Source of the DNA: a virus
Taxonomy: Duplodnaviria > Caudoviricetes
IMG/VR virus record: IMGVR_UViG_3300011441_000224
Location: 1-43,334 of that record
Direction: 5' to 3' (one strand)
DNA length: 43,334 nucleotides
The notes under the pieces were generated by a model. It had not been told where the DNA came from and did not search any database. It worked only from the letters and a program-made list of their open reading frames with translations. Below are positions 16,633 through 26,710 of this stretch, one piece after another (within the stretch, counting starts at the first letter, position 1; each line of letters starts with the position of its first letter). The position numbers and the translations under genes were made by a program.

Positions 16633-18568
16633 GTTTATCAACACTGTTCCGGACGCGCTCACTGAGTTTGAAAGCTTGGACTTTTCGAGCGGCTACAACT
16701 CGTATGACGCCAATGATGTGGTCCCGCCTAATCAGCTGGTCTACGCCACTGATACCCGGATCTCTACCCTCGGCCGGCAAAAGACCCGCAAGGGCTGTGA
16801 CTTCTTGTCAGTGCCCGCCGGCGAGACGGTGGATGCTCAGCAGACGAGCACTACCGGTGCGGCCGATCAAAGTGTTGGGCCCGCCTTGTGGCTTGCCAAG
16901 AAGTGGACCGCTACGGCTACAGGTCGCTGTACCAAGCTAGAACTGCGTATAAAGAACGCCAGTGCCGCAACCGGCCCCATCCTCGTCTCACTGTATTCGG
17001 ACGCGTCTGGCAGCCCAGGAACGCTTCTAGGACAGACCTCTATACCGGCCGACACTCCAACCGGCGCCTACGGTTATCTCGCCTGTCGCCTGATCGAGGC
17101 TCCTCAGGTAACAAACACCACGGATTATTGGACTGTGGCCCACGTCCAAGATGACGGGTCCGGCGCCTACTCCTGGTCGTCGACCACCAACGCTGCTACT
17201 GCCAAGAGTTCTACGGACGGGCAAACGTGGTCGGCTACTGCGTTTGACCTTAACCACAAGGCGTACATCTCGACTGACTCCCCGGTGCTGGGTAAGTTTG
17301 AGGCCATCAAGTCAGACGGTACGGTCAAATGGCTTATCGCCTACAAGGAAGCCGCGGGGACGACAGCTGTTGCCTCAATCGATCTAATCACCGGCGCCTT
17401 GACGGACATCAAAACGGGGCTGAGCTCAAGTGCGACATTCTTTGACTTTGACCAGGTCCAGGATGTCGTGTACTACGTTAACGGCAAAGATGCTCCAAGG
17501 AAGTGGGATTTCACCACCGAGGCGGTGTATGGCGGGAGCCCGGCGATCTCTTCGCGGATCAAGTGGCACAAGAATCATATGTTTCTATTGCTGGCCGCCG
17601 ACCCGGCACAAACAATCTTTAGCGATGCGGGCACTCCGGAAACCTTTACTGACACAAACTTTATCTACATTCCGGCTCCTAAGTCCAATGACCCGGTTAT
17701 TAGCTGGTGGGTCCTGAACGACAACCTGTACTTCTTCACCAAGCGCACAAAGTGGGTGCTGTTTGGGTCCGACCTTTCCAATATGATTTTGCGTCAGGCT
17801 CCTGGGACGAAGGGCCTAAGTGCTGCCGACACATTATGTGGAACTCGCAACCATGCTTACTTCGCCTCAGACGATGGGCTCTATCGATTTAATGGATCAA
17901 CCGACGAGCTCTTGAGTGAAAAGATTACATCCGAATACTCTGCGGCGGCAAACCGAGATGATTGGGGTGGCTGCATTTTCGCCAACCGGTATTACGTTTT
18001 CTACACGCCGTCCGGTGGAGGCGCGAACTCCCGGTGCTGGGTGTATAACATCAACTACAACTCGATGGAGTCAAACGATACCGGGGCTTACGTCCAAAAG
18101 TGCGGTATCTGGTCGGACAAGATGATTCAGTGTTCCAGCGTGGTGGGGGCGATTTACTACGCCGAGCAAGAAAGTAACAATTACGAGACTCTTGGCTACC
18201 CGTTGGCCTGGGAGATCCGCAGTCGTTATGAGTTTTACAAGACTGTGGCAGCACTAAAAGAGATCGAGCAATGGTTGCCAAGATTCGCGGCCCAAAGCGG
18301 CGATTACTCGGTCACATGTCAGTATGACTTTGACTTCCTAAACTCACCCGTAAGCGTCGACGTTCCTTTGCAGAGCAGCGGATTCATCTGGGACGACCCA
18401 GGCACCATCTGGGATAGCTTCACCTGGGACGAGCTGGCTTTGATCGACCCCGAGCTGTATATGGAAGGCGAGGCCAAATATATCCAGAGACGGTACAAGC
18501 GAACAGGCGTGGCCACACCGGTGGAATTTCTTGGTGAATCGCAGTATCTTAGTATCAGGAGGCCGTAG
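16622..18568 (+). CDS. Tail nozzle or stabilisation protein (P22 gp10/T7 gp12-like) with an inserted beta-sandwich domain
   Basis: LDFSSGYN...TRKG N-terminus and beta-propeller-like repeats. Confidence 0.75.
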   Translation: MRRRFINTVPDALTEFESLDFSSGYNSYDANDVVPPNQLVYATDTRISTLGRQKTRKGCDFLSVPAGETVDAQQTSTTGAADQSVGPALWLAKKWTATATGRCTKLELRIKNASAATGPILVSLYSDASGSPGTLLGQTSIPADTPTGAYGYLACRLIEAPQVTNTTDYWTVAHVQDDGSGAYSWSSTTNAATAKSSTDGQTWSATAFDLNHKAYISTDSPVLGKFEAIKSDGTVKWLIAYKEAAGTTAVASIDLITGALTDIKTGLSSSATFFDFDQVQDVVYYVNGKDAPRKWDFTTEAVYGGSPAISSRIKWHKNHMFLLLAADPAQTIFSDAGTPETFTDTNFIYIPAPKSNDPVISWWVLNDNLYFFTKRTKWVLFGSDLSNMILRQAPGTKGLSAADTLCGTRNHAYFASDDGLYRFNGSTDELLSEKITSEYSAAANRDDWGGCIFANRYYVFYTPSGGGANSRCWVYNINYNSMESNDTGAYVQKCGIWSDKMIQCSSVVGAIYYAEQESNNYETLGYPLAWEIRSRYEFYKTVAALKEIEQWLPRFAAQSGDYSVTCQYDFDFLNSPVSVDVPLQSSGFIWDDPGTIWDSFTWDELALIDPELYMEGEAKYIQRRYKRTGVATPVEFLGESQYLSIRRP

Positions 18569-18578
18569 GTAAGCTCAA

Positions 18579-19364
18579 ATGGGTATCGTAACTGTCCCCC
18601 CAATTAACGCCGGAGTTGCCAAGCGGGCCGAGGTCATTGCAGCGATCGCCGCTATCGGTGATGAGTTCAATGGCCTTATAGACAATGCCAACGTCAAGGC
18701 CGGCGCGGCTATTGACGGTTCAAAACTTGCCAACGCTTCCGTAACAGGTACACAGTTAGGGACTTGGGACGGTTGGCTACCAGGTTCTGGTACCTGGACA
18801 TACGCTTCTCCCACTACCTTTACAGCCCCTGCGGCAGATGCGGCCGCTATGGGTGTCGGCGATAAGATTAAGATGACCAACTCCGGTACGAAGTACTTTT
18901 ACGTCATCGGAATCTCAGGCACAACCATCACGGTCACAGGTGGTACAGACTACACCGTGGCGAACGCCGCGATTACAACGCCGCTTTATTCTCACATGTC
19001 TACACCGGTCGGGTTTCCAAAGACCTTCAACTATACGCCGACCGTTACGTCGGGTTCGGGTACGTTTACGACTGTATCCGGTGTAATAATCTTCTGGATG
19101 ACGGGCGGTATCTGTAACCTTGAGGTGGCCATCACGATTACCACCAACGGGAGTGCGGCTACATCTGTAATATACATCCTCCCGATTACATCGGCGGTCA
19201 GTACCGGCTCTACAGGTGCCGGACGGGCTGACGGGGTATCGGGTAAAGGGTTACAGTGTAAGATCGCCTCGACTACCAGTATCTCTATGTTTAACTATGA
19301 CGGCACATATCCCGGCGCAACCGGAGAGGTGTTAAGGGGCTTTGCCTCTTACCCGGTGGCATAA
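18579..19364 (+). CDS. Tail fibre
   Basis: EFNGLIDNANVKAGAAIDGSKLA N-terminal module; Thr-rich tip. Confidence 0.7.
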   Translation: MGIVTVPPINAGVAKRAEVIAAIAAIGDEFNGLIDNANVKAGAAIDGSKLANASVTGTQLGTWDGWLPGSGTWTYASPTTFTAPAADAAAMGVGDKIKMTNSGTKYFYVIGISGTTITVTGGTDYTVANAAITTPLYSHMSTPVGFPKTFNYTPTVTSGSGTFTTVSGVIIFWMTGGICNLEVAITITTNGSAATSVIYILPITSAVSTGSTGAGRADGVSGKGLQCKIASTTSISMFNYDGTYPGATGEVLRGFASYPVA

Positions 19365-19840
19365 TGCCTCAGATTCCACATCGCATTACTGACACTCCCT
19401 GGGAGCAGGCCGCCCCGCTTCTTGATGACAACTTCGACAAGACTGTCCAGGACATTGGAGACTTAGGAGCTAAATTCAGCCAGGGCATGGCAATTTACAG
19501 CACTACGTCGCTCAGTCCAGGTAGTATGAATACCGCATCTATAGATGTGACGGCAGATCCGCCTGATCCCCATATAGTACCTGGGCGGCTTGAAATCATT
19601 CCCCGCGTAGAAGTGTGGGAAGACAACAACCTAGACGATGATTACCTAGTTGGGTACAACAACAGTCAGTCGGACGGGTGTCAGGTAACTGTATGGGTGC
19701 AACGTCGACGTTCAAACGATCCTGATGCGTTAGCGACTTTTACTGTTCAGCTGTTCAATAACGACAGCTCCTCCCACACATACTACGTGAAGGCCGATGT
19801 CAGTTATCAACCAGCTCCATCAACGGGGAACTTTAGGTAA
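19364..19840 (+). CDS. Putative tail-associated protein
   Basis: TAATG coupling; position. Confidence 0.55.
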   Translation: MPQIPHRITDTPWEQAAPLLDDNFDKTVQDIGDLGAKFSQGMAIYSTTSLSPGSMNTASIDVTADPPDPHIVPGRLEIIPRVEVWEDNNLDDDYLVGYNNSQSDGCQVTVWVQRRRSNDPDALATFTVQLFNNDSSSHTYYVKADVSYQPAPSTGNFR

Positions 19841-20034
19841 TGGGCTTCAAGATCTCCGAGAGTGGCGGAAGTTGGATTGTTGGCCAGGACGGTGGGGGTC
19901 TCTCTATCCATGGGCTGACAATTTCTTACGAGGAATATGTCAAATTTAAGGATCACCCCGATAAAGTGGCGGAGAAGTATGAGAGGCGAGGCGGTAAGAT
20001 TGTTGCAAAAGTTAAGCCCAAAGACCTAAAGTAA
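19840..20034 (+). CDS. Hypothetical protein
   Basis: TAATG coupling. Confidence 0.55.
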   Translation: MGFKISESGGSWIVGQDGGGLSIHGLTISYEEYVKFKDHPDKVAEKYERRGGKIVAKVKPKDLK

Positions 20035-20038
20035 TGTT

Positions 20039-20251
20039 ATGGACAAAGTTTTTGCTAGCATAGTCGACAAGAGAGAGGCGCCAAGTCGCGACGATATCGC
20101 AAGACTGCTGACGTCTATCGCTCCTCCTGGCAAGAAGCAAGGTCTGAAGCGTCAGGTGGTTGAGCGGCTATACGAGGCTACCTCAGCTCGCTTATCGAGC
20201 CCACAGGGGCATAGTGCATTGGATAACCTAACCTCGTATGAGGCCTATTAA
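20039..20251 (+). CDS. Hypothetical protein
   Basis: In the operon. Confidence 0.5.
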   Translation: MDKVFASIVDKREAPSRDDIARLLTSIAPPGKKQGLKRQVVERLYEATSARLSSPQGHSALDNLTSYEAY

Positions 20252-20892
20252 TGCCGCGAACGCTCGACGAAATCCGGCGTAGCCTTAGTAGTTTGTACGA
20301 TCCTCAGCGTGCTTTGGTGGAACAAGAGAAGGCTGCTTTACCGGGTGAAGAGACCGCGGCCATCTCTGCGGCGGATGCCAAGCTCAAGTTGGCTAACGAA
20401 GACATTGTGCGCCAGGCCAATGATCGGGGGGTGCTGTTCTCGGGTGATCCGACCGAGCGGTCGATCAAATACGCGGCAACGGAGTACGCTCCGACGATCG
20501 CTGGCATTAAGGCCAATACTCTCTCCAGGCGGACGCGTCTAGACGCCGGCCTAGTGGACATTGCCGGTGCTCAGTCACGCGAAGCTCGGGACATCTACCA
20601 AGGCGAAGCCAAGGCCGAGTCTGATGCTGCGTACAGAGCAGAGCAACTGGCGATCAAGCGGCAAGCAGCTGCCCAGAAGGCATCGGCGGGGCGCAAACCA
20701 ACCAGGCAAGACGAGATCTATTCCAGCTTTTCTGAGGACCTGCAGGGCGCCTTCAACGGGTTTGCCGCTCGGCCAACGTTCTATACTGAGAAATACATCA
20801 TTCCGCAGCTCCAAGCTGCCTACCCGGAACTTAGCCCGTCCAAAATTCAGCAGTTGGTTTACTCTTTCCGTAAAGCCAACTTTGGAGCCTAG
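20251..20892 (+). CDS. Putative internal virion or ejection protein
   Basis: Helical, Ala/Gln-rich, ANDRGVLFSG motif; precedes the large ejection protein. Confidence 0.6.
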   Translation: MPRTLDEIRRSLSSLYDPQRALVEQEKAALPGEETAAISAADAKLKLANEDIVRQANDRGVLFSGDPTERSIKYAATEYAPTIAGIKANTLSRRTRLDAGLVDIAGAQSREARDIYQGEAKAESDAAYRAEQLAIKRQAAAQKASAGRKPTRQDEIYSSFSEDLQGAFNGFAARPTFYTEKYIIPQLQAAYPELSPSKIQQLVYSFRKANFGA

Positions 20893-20894
20893 CC

Positions 20895-23800
20895 GTGGGA
20901 CGGCTATATAATACCGGCTCGCCGGCGCCGACCCGTGGTGGTGGGGGACGTATTCAGTGGGGCTCGGCTCCAGCTTCGGCTTCGGCCGCTCCCGCCCCAA
21001 CGCCATTAGACGCCAAGCTTGTCAGCTCTTTTAGGTCGCTGCCCGCTGATAACCGTAGGAGTGTGCTAAGGCGCCTCCAGACCAAGAGTGATGCTGATTC
21101 GGTTCGCAAGTTCAAACTATTGGCTCCACTTGTCGACAAGGATGTGCCGAACGAGCCCGACTACAAGGATAAATCGCTCAGCAGCAAGCTGTATCGGGCA
21201 GGCCAGGCGGTCAAGGGCTTTGCCAGGGACCAGTTCACGTCGCTACTGGGTGAGGGTACGGCCGGTGAAGAGGTGGACCGGAGTAGCGGCAAGCCGGTCA
21301 TTACACGTGCCGGTCGGGCTGAGACTCAGGCTGATGTAGCACTTAGAGGGATACAAGGTCGTACTTTGATGGCCGGTGGAGCGGGCAAGACGTTTGTGAG
21401 CACGGCGGGCAAGAATGCTGCGGTCGGGGCTGGCTACAATACGGCCGAGTCGTTGAAGTCCAGCAATACACAAGATAAAACGGTTGGTCAAGTGGCAAAG
21501 GGTACGGCAAAGTCCGCCGCTGAAGGCGCGGCGTTCGGTGGGGCTGCAGGCATTGTCGGCAAAGGCCTGTCTGTGGCCGTTAACGCCCGGAAGATTGTCG
21601 GTAAGGCTGCCAAGACGGACAGTCAGTTCCAGGCTTCGCTACAGCAAGCGGCTCGTGACCTTGGTACAACCGTCCAGGCTAGTCCTGCCAAAGGAATTAA
21701 CCGTGTAACCGAAAAGGGTATCAAAGACTACAAGGGTGACCTCAGCGAGGTGAAGGACGCGGTGCGCGGCACGATCGTGCTTAAAGACCCGTCCAAAGTT
21801 GATGAGGTAGTGACGGCTCTCAGGCAGCGCTATAACGTCACGCGGGTAAAGAACACTCTTGATCGCCCCGGCTACGGAGACGTCAAGGTTAACGTGGCAT
21901 TATCTAAAGGCCAAACCGGCGAGATCATACTGGCGACTCCGGAGATGATAGCCGCTAAGGCTTCCGGTGGTCACAAACTGTATAAGCAGGCTCGGACAAT
22001 GAAAGAGGGACCAGAACGGTCCCGTCTAGAACAAGAGCTAACCAAAATCTATGAGGAAGCTAGCTCTTCGACTCAGCGGCGCTTGAATAAGGGACTTGAT
22101 AGCAACTTAGAAAGCCAGACCGGAGCACCGGTCTCAACTAAAAGTTTGAATGTAATTGTTGATACTGACATAACTACTCCTAAACATACTGTAACACAAA
22201 AGGGACCAATAGGACAAGATATAGGCCAGGATGTGTTGCCCAATGAGTCGAGGTTTGATCCCTCGTCCCGTCTAAAGCAGTATGACGAGAGCTTACAAGC
22301 CACGATGAAGAACATCGAGCAAGACCCGGCTTATCTTGAGCGACTGAAGGAGCAAGGCGGTGGCAGGGTGATCTCAAATAGGGAGACCTACGCCAAAGCA
22401 CGCGAGCTCGGTCCGATGGATGAGGCCGAGATCATAGGCGCTAAGGCCGGCGACAAGATTGACGCGGTCAACGTCGTCCGGGCCAAGGCAACAGTGGATA
22501 CTGCAGCCAAAGAGTTCACGGATTTCTGGGAGTCAAAGGAGTGGACGCCGGCCCAGTTGCAGGAGCGTATAGAGCGCCTATCCAAGCTAGAGGCTGGGTA
22601 CCACGTCATCTCCGCTGAGCCGGGTCGGGCAACCCAGATCCAAAACTCGTTCATTGATGAGGCCTTTAGGCGAGCTCAGAAGCTGAAGGAGCTGTTGGAG
22701 GGCACCAAAGGCCCGAAGGCCGATGAGTTGATCGAGAAAGAGCTAGCCGATTTCGACAAGGCTGTGGCTAAGGCCGGAGGAGTATACGAGCCCGGCACAC
22801 TCCAAAGAGTCCGAAGCTGGATTGAGGAATATGCCACCGCGGCAAAGCTCACCAGTCCGCTTACCCACGCGATTAACTTAGGCTCAAACCTCTTAACCGC
22901 TCCGGTAAGGGTGGCTGAGAATATCGTCTCTACGGGTATAGGGACTATACAGGGTAAGACGACTCTGGCTCAGCTGAAGCATGTGTTTGGCACATACCAG
23001 GGTTTCAAGGCTGCGACGAAGCAACTGGTGGCTGATCTAAAGCAAGCCGTGGACGTCAAAGCTCCTGACCTAAAGCCTGACGGTACGAAGATGGAGAACG
23101 CCGCAGCCATCCCGGGTAAAGCAGGTAAGGCTATTCGAACACCGTTCAACTTGCTACAAGCATCCGACAACTTTATGAAAGCACTACTTCGAGACTCCGA
23201 GCTGCACATGAGAGGGTATGAGAAGGCATTCCAAGAGGGCTTTAAGGGTCGGGAGCTAGCCCGACGGGTAGCGGAGTTGGTGGACAACCCTACACCCGAG
23301 CTCATCGCCCGTGCAGAGAAGGTTGCCAAGGAGTTCACTTATACCAGTGATCCCGGCCCGATAACCAAGAAGATCGCTTCATTGGTGAATACTATTCCCG
23401 GCGGGAGATTGTTGGTGCCATTCATCTCTACGCCAACCAACATTGCTAAGTTCCAAATACAACGTCACCCCCTGGGGCTGTTCACACCCACTAATATCAA
23501 TGCTCTGCGAAAAGGCACCAACCTCGACCGCCGTGAGGCTGTCGCCCGACTGACCGTAGGTACGGGCTTAGCTGTTGGTGGGTTGATGGCTGCCTTTGGT
23601 GCTAAAGAGAATATCACCGGGCCAGCACCTACGAACAAGGGTGAGAAGGATGTGTTCTACAGTTCCGGCAAGAAACCCTACGCTATAAAGATTGGCAATC
23701 GTTGGGTAGCGTACAACCGGTTCTCGCCGATCGGTAGCTACCTCACTCAGGCGGTTGGCTTACGCGACAAGATGATCGAGAATGAGCGGAAGTCCATCAA

Positions 23801-24473
23801 GAAGGGTGTGGAGGTGGATGAGCTAGGATCGCTCCTGGTCGCCTTCGGGACTGCTACTGCCAAGGGTATGACTGACCTACCGTTCGTCCAGGGTGTATCT
23901 AGCGTGATCGAGCTACTAGGCGATCCCAGCGAGTTCAACGCTAACCGGGTGGTCGGTGGAGTGCTGACTGGCCTTATCCCGAATATCGGCCGGGACATTG
24001 CTTCAGCTGGAGACGAGTTTGCACGTGACGCCCGGTCGATAGGGGACCAGGTCAAACAGATGATTCCTGGGCTGCGGAACAAGACCAGTGAGCGTATGGA
24101 TATATTCGGCGAGCCACAACGACAGTCTGGTGGGCCGGCTGAGCGTGGGTTCTTGAAGATAACCTCGACTGACAAATCAGATAGGCTTACTCAAGCCCTA
24201 GAGGACGCTGCGTTCTTCCCGTCACCACCGAGCGAGAAGCAGCGGAACGTCACCCTAACAGCCGCGGAGTACAAGCGGTTCCGTGTTGAGTCGGGCAAGC
24301 GGTTCAGGAGCAAGCTGGAGGCTGCTATCGGCGACGCGGCTTACCGAGACTTGCCGCGCGATCGCAAGTCGAAGACCCTGGAAGCTGCATTGTCGGATGC
24401 ACGAAGTGATATTTTGGATGACATACTTGGAGAGCCCGCTAAGTCCAGTAGCCCGAGAGTAAAGCGGTACTAA
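20895..24473 (+). CDS. Large polyvalent DNA-ejection-type protein with an internal RelA/SpoT-like domain (~21618-22070)
   Basis: 1192 aa; KGINRVTEK, DAVRGTI, GYGDVKVNV, GEIILATPEM and GHKLYKQAR motifs; C-terminal LVPFISTPTNI and YAIKIGNRWVAY motifs. Confidence 0.75.
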   Translation: MGRLYNTGSPAPTRGGGGRIQWGSAPASASAAPAPTPLDAKLVSSFRSLPADNRRSVLRRLQTKSDADSVRKFKLLAPLVDKDVPNEPDYKDKSLSSKLYRAGQAVKGFARDQFTSLLGEGTAGEEVDRSSGKPVITRAGRAETQADVALRGIQGRTLMAGGAGKTFVSTAGKNAAVGAGYNTAESLKSSNTQDKTVGQVAKGTAKSAAEGAAFGGAAGIVGKGLSVAVNARKIVGKAAKTDSQFQASLQQAARDLGTTVQASPAKGINRVTEKGIKDYKGDLSEVKDAVRGTIVLKDPSKVDEVVTALRQRYNVTRVKNTLDRPGYGDVKVNVALSKGQTGEIILATPEMIAAKASGGHKLYKQARTMKEGPERSRLEQELTKIYEEASSSTQRRLNKGLDSNLESQTGAPVSTKSLNVIVDTDITTPKHTVTQKGPIGQDIGQDVLPNESRFDPSSRLKQYDESLQATMKNIEQDPAYLERLKEQGGGRVISNRETYAKARELGPMDEAEIIGAKAGDKIDAVNVVRAKATVDTAAKEFTDFWESKEWTPAQLQERIERLSKLEAGYHVISAEPGRATQIQNSFIDEAFRRAQKLKELLEGTKGPKADELIEKELADFDKAVAKAGGVYEPGTLQRVRSWIEEYATAAKLTSPLTHAINLGSNLLTAPVRVAENIVSTGIGTIQGKTTLAQLKHVFGTYQGFKAATKQLVADLKQAVDVKAPDLKPDGTKMENAAAIPGKAGKAIRTPFNLLQASDNFMKALLRDSELHMRGYEKAFQEGFKGRELARRVAELVDNPTPELIARAEKVAKEFTYTSDPGPITKKIASLVNTIPGGRLLVPFISTPTNIAKFQIQRHPLGLFTPTNINALRKGTNLDRREAVARLTVGTGLAVGGLMAAFGAKENITGPAPTNKGEKDVFYSSGKKPYAIKIGNRWVAYNRFSPIGSYLTQAVGLRDKMIENERKSIKKGVEVDELGSLLVAFGTATAKGMTDLPFVQGVSSVIELLGDPSEFNANRVVGGVLTGLIPNIGRDIASAGDEFARDARSIGDQVKQMIPGLRNKTSERMDIFGEPQRQSGGPAERGFLKITSTDKSDRLTQALEDAAFFPSPPSEKQRNVTLTAAEYKRFRVESGKRFRSKLEAAIGDAAYRDLPRDRKSKTLEAALSDARSDILDDILGEPAKSSSPRVKRY

Positions 24474-24610
24474 CCGAGTAAGCCCCATTCCGTGTTGGGA
24501 TCGCTGTTGCCACTGGAGATGAGATTCGCAATCACGATGATCCCCAGCACGAACCAGAAGACGTAGCTGAACCCTAACCAGACGTTGAAGATGAGGCCTT
24601 TAAACTTCAT
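24470..24610 (-). CDS. Small antisense membrane protein (46 aa)
   Basis: Read by hand: MKFKGLIFNVWLGFSYVFWFVLGIIVIANLISSGNSDPNTEWGLLG; has its own TTGACA...TATAAG promoter. Confidence 0.55.
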   Translation of the reverse strand: MKFKGLIFNVWLGFSYVFWFVLGIIVIANLISSGNSDPNTEWGLLG

Positions 24611-24617
24611 AGTTCAA

Positions 24618-24670
24618 TCTTATAACACAATCCTCTGTTGACTGTCAAGGAGAAAGTTTGGATATTATCT
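24618..24670. promoter_or_regulatory. Divergent promoters sharing a palindromic -35 (TTGAC-T-GTCAA)
   Basis: Minus strand TTGACA...TGTTATAAG; plus strand TTGACT...TATTAT. Confidence 0.5.
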
Positions 24671-24766
24671 TACTATGTGGCAATGTGAGTATATGTGGGC
24701 TATAAGACATGTCGGGCAACAAAGTACGTAGTGTGATCCCACCCAGATTAATCAAGGAGTACAAGA

Positions 24767-25132
24767 ATGATTTACCAAGGTACATTTTCAAAGAACGGTT
24801 CTGGTAATAAGACTGTTGCTCTACTACCCTTTGCCCCCAAGGCCTTGCGATTTAAGATCCTCAAACCAGGTACTCCTGACTCAAATATCGTCTTCCTGGC
24901 TGGTGGGTATACGGATGGCTCTACCAGTAATGGTTTTGCTATTATTAATAACTCGGGAGCCATTACTACCTATGAAGATGGTGCTAAGTGTCTTCTAGGA
25001 TATGACGTAGTGGGCGGGGTGAACACAAAGGTTCTTGAAGCGACGTTTGTCTCCTTCGGTTCTAGCAGCTTTACCCTCAATTTCACGGCTGCTGATGCTA
25101 CTTATCAAATTCAGGTAGACATATTGGGATGA
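24767..25132 (+). CDS. Putative virion or fibre protein
   Basis: AAGGAG RBS; LPFAPKAL...SSSFTLNF beta pattern. Confidence 0.55.
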   Translation: MIYQGTFSKNGSGNKTVALLPFAPKALRFKILKPGTPDSNIVFLAGGYTDGSTSNGFAIINNSGAITTYEDGAKCLLGYDVVGGVNTKVLEATFVSFGSSSFTLNFTAADATYQIQVDILG

Positions 25133-25467
25133 CCGCAAAGGAAGTTGACACCAAGTATATGGAGGAGCCAGCTAAGCGTTGGGAGTTTGCCTCACTTGAA
25201 GACAAGGTTATCAATCAGTCCAAATTGCTGGAAACGTTCAATCTGAAATTGGAGGCACTGCTCAAGGGGCAGGTGACTTTGCAGTACGTAGATGAGCGCT
25301 TACGAGAGCATTCTGCGGCCGTTGCCATTTTAGTAGAAGATCATCGCAAAGCACTTGATGCTCGTTATGGCGTGATTAGAGCATCCATGATTACTATCGC
25401 CGTTGTGGCGCTAACAGCCATTGTCACTACTGCTATTACCTGGCTGGCGCAGCGTTTAGGGGGCTAG
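25129..25467 (+). CDS. Coiled-coil protein with a C-terminal TM helix (lysis region)
   Basis: Hydrophobic C-terminus. Confidence 0.6.
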   Translation: MTAKEVDTKYMEEPAKRWEFASLEDKVINQSKLLETFNLKLEALLKGQVTLQYVDERLREHSAAVAILVEDHRKALDARYGVIRASMITIAVVALTAIVTTAITWLAQRLGG

Positions 25468-25468
25468 T

Positions 25469-25906
25469 ATGAGGCGCAGCTATGTTCTGGTGATCTGTTT
25501 GCTACTCGCTACCATAGTAATGAACGTCCTGACGCTATATTTGATGGTCAATAGACCGACCGAGGAAAAAATACATAAGATCATTGCTGACTCTGCCCAA
25601 TCGCTGGTCTCTCAGGATCAGATGGATCGGCGCTTGGGAGAGATCTCTATGCCTAAACCGATACCTGGCTCGCAGGGACCACCGGGTGTTGAAGGAGCTC
25701 AGGGAGCTCAGGGAGCTCAGGGGGCTCAAGGGGCGCAGGGCGCTCAGGGCGACTCAGGGCCTGCCGGTCTGCAAGGTGTAAAAGGTGACGTTGGCGAACC
25801 TGGAAACCCAGGCCGTGAGATAGAACTAGCTCGTGATCCAGACACAGGCGATTTATACATGCGCTACGTTGGCGACACTCTCTGGTCGCTTGTGGAGGCC
25901 CCATGA
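25469..25906 (+). CDS. Membrane-anchored collagen-like protein
   Basis: N-terminal TM; Gly-X-Y run including six GAQ triplets (9-nt GGAGCTCAG-type repeats). Confidence 0.75.
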   Translation: MRRSYVLVICLLLATIVMNVLTLYLMVNRPTEEKIHKIIADSAQSLVSQDQMDRRLGEISMPKPIPGSQGPPGVEGAQGAQGAQGAQGAQGAQGDSGPAGLQGVKGDVGEPGNPGREIELARDPDTGDLYMRYVGDTLWSLVEAP

Positions 25907-26337
25907 ACCAAGTTACCGCAGAGAGGCAGCGCTCAGATGCTAGTGGCGTGAATCTGCGCAAGACTCACCCAACTCTGTACCGGACCTATATGACATTCGC
26001 TTTGATCAGTATTGGGTTGGGGCTGAATTTCCTACTGACCAACCCGACCTTTAACCCCTACCATATCGACAAGGCAATTATTGGTTCGATCTTTGTATTC
26101 ATTGGCTTGATCAAACTGGTATTTCTAAACATCTTTAGGCACCTGAGGCTGATAAGAATAGCCCTGGCGATAAATATAGCCTTCATGATTTTTTGGGGTG
26201 TGGGCAGTAGCTTCACTTTCTTCCAGGGCAAAACCAGCCTACAGCTTTTTGTTCTTTACATCGGACTGTCGGCTTTGGAGCTTTGGTTGTTACAAGAATC
26301 CCCAGTCAACCCTATGACCGAAAAGGAACGGTCATGA
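25903..26337 (+). CDS. Four-TM membrane protein
   Basis: Four hydrophobic segments; GGAGG RBS. Confidence 0.7.
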   Translation: MNQVTAERQRSDASGVNLRKTHPTLYRTYMTFALISIGLGLNFLLTNPTFNPYHIDKAIIGSIFVFIGLIKLVFLNIFRHLRLIRIALAINIAFMIFWGVGSSFTFFQGKTSLQLFVLYIGLSALELWLLQESPVNPMTEKERS

Positions 26338-26660
26338 GTTTTTGGCAAGAACCTTGGGTGGTTAGTATTTTAATCGGTCTGCCTAGCTCGATAATTGCCC
26401 TCTTGGGTTTGAGACGGGCGTTTAAAGCCGACAAGGTCTCCGAACAATTAGGTGCCGCTTCAGGTTCGGCTCAGTCAATAGCCCAGGCTTTTGAGGGTCT
26501 AAACAAAGTGATTGAAAGCCTCAATGCCTATATCCTCATTCTCCAAGCCGATAAGAGAGTCGCCGCCGAAGACATTAAGATTCTGACGGTTCAGCGAGAC
26601 GCACTTCAGAAGGAGTTAAACAGGATGTACCGGAAGTACGGTGACAGCAATCAGGCGTAA
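26334..26660 (+). CDS. N-terminal TM plus coiled-coil protein
   Basis: ATGA overlap; hydrophobic N-terminus. Confidence 0.65.
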   Translation: MSFWQEPWVVSILIGLPSSIIALLGLRRAFKADKVSEQLGAASGSAQSIAQAFEGLNKVIESLNAYILILQADKRVAAEDIKILTVQRDALQKELNRMYRKYGDSNQA

Positions 26661-26710
26661 ATTGGCTTGCTGAGAATATGCTAATATGTCAGTAATAACG
26701 GAATCGCATT

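Noticed and set aside
20895-24473. Tape measure protein
   Set aside because: No tail tube, sheath or chaperone genes were seen. The adaptor and nozzle context indicates a podovirus ejection protein.
6603-24488. Many overlapping antisense or alternate-frame ORFs in the structural region
   Set aside because: They are shadows of long genes, with no RBS or recognisable motifs.
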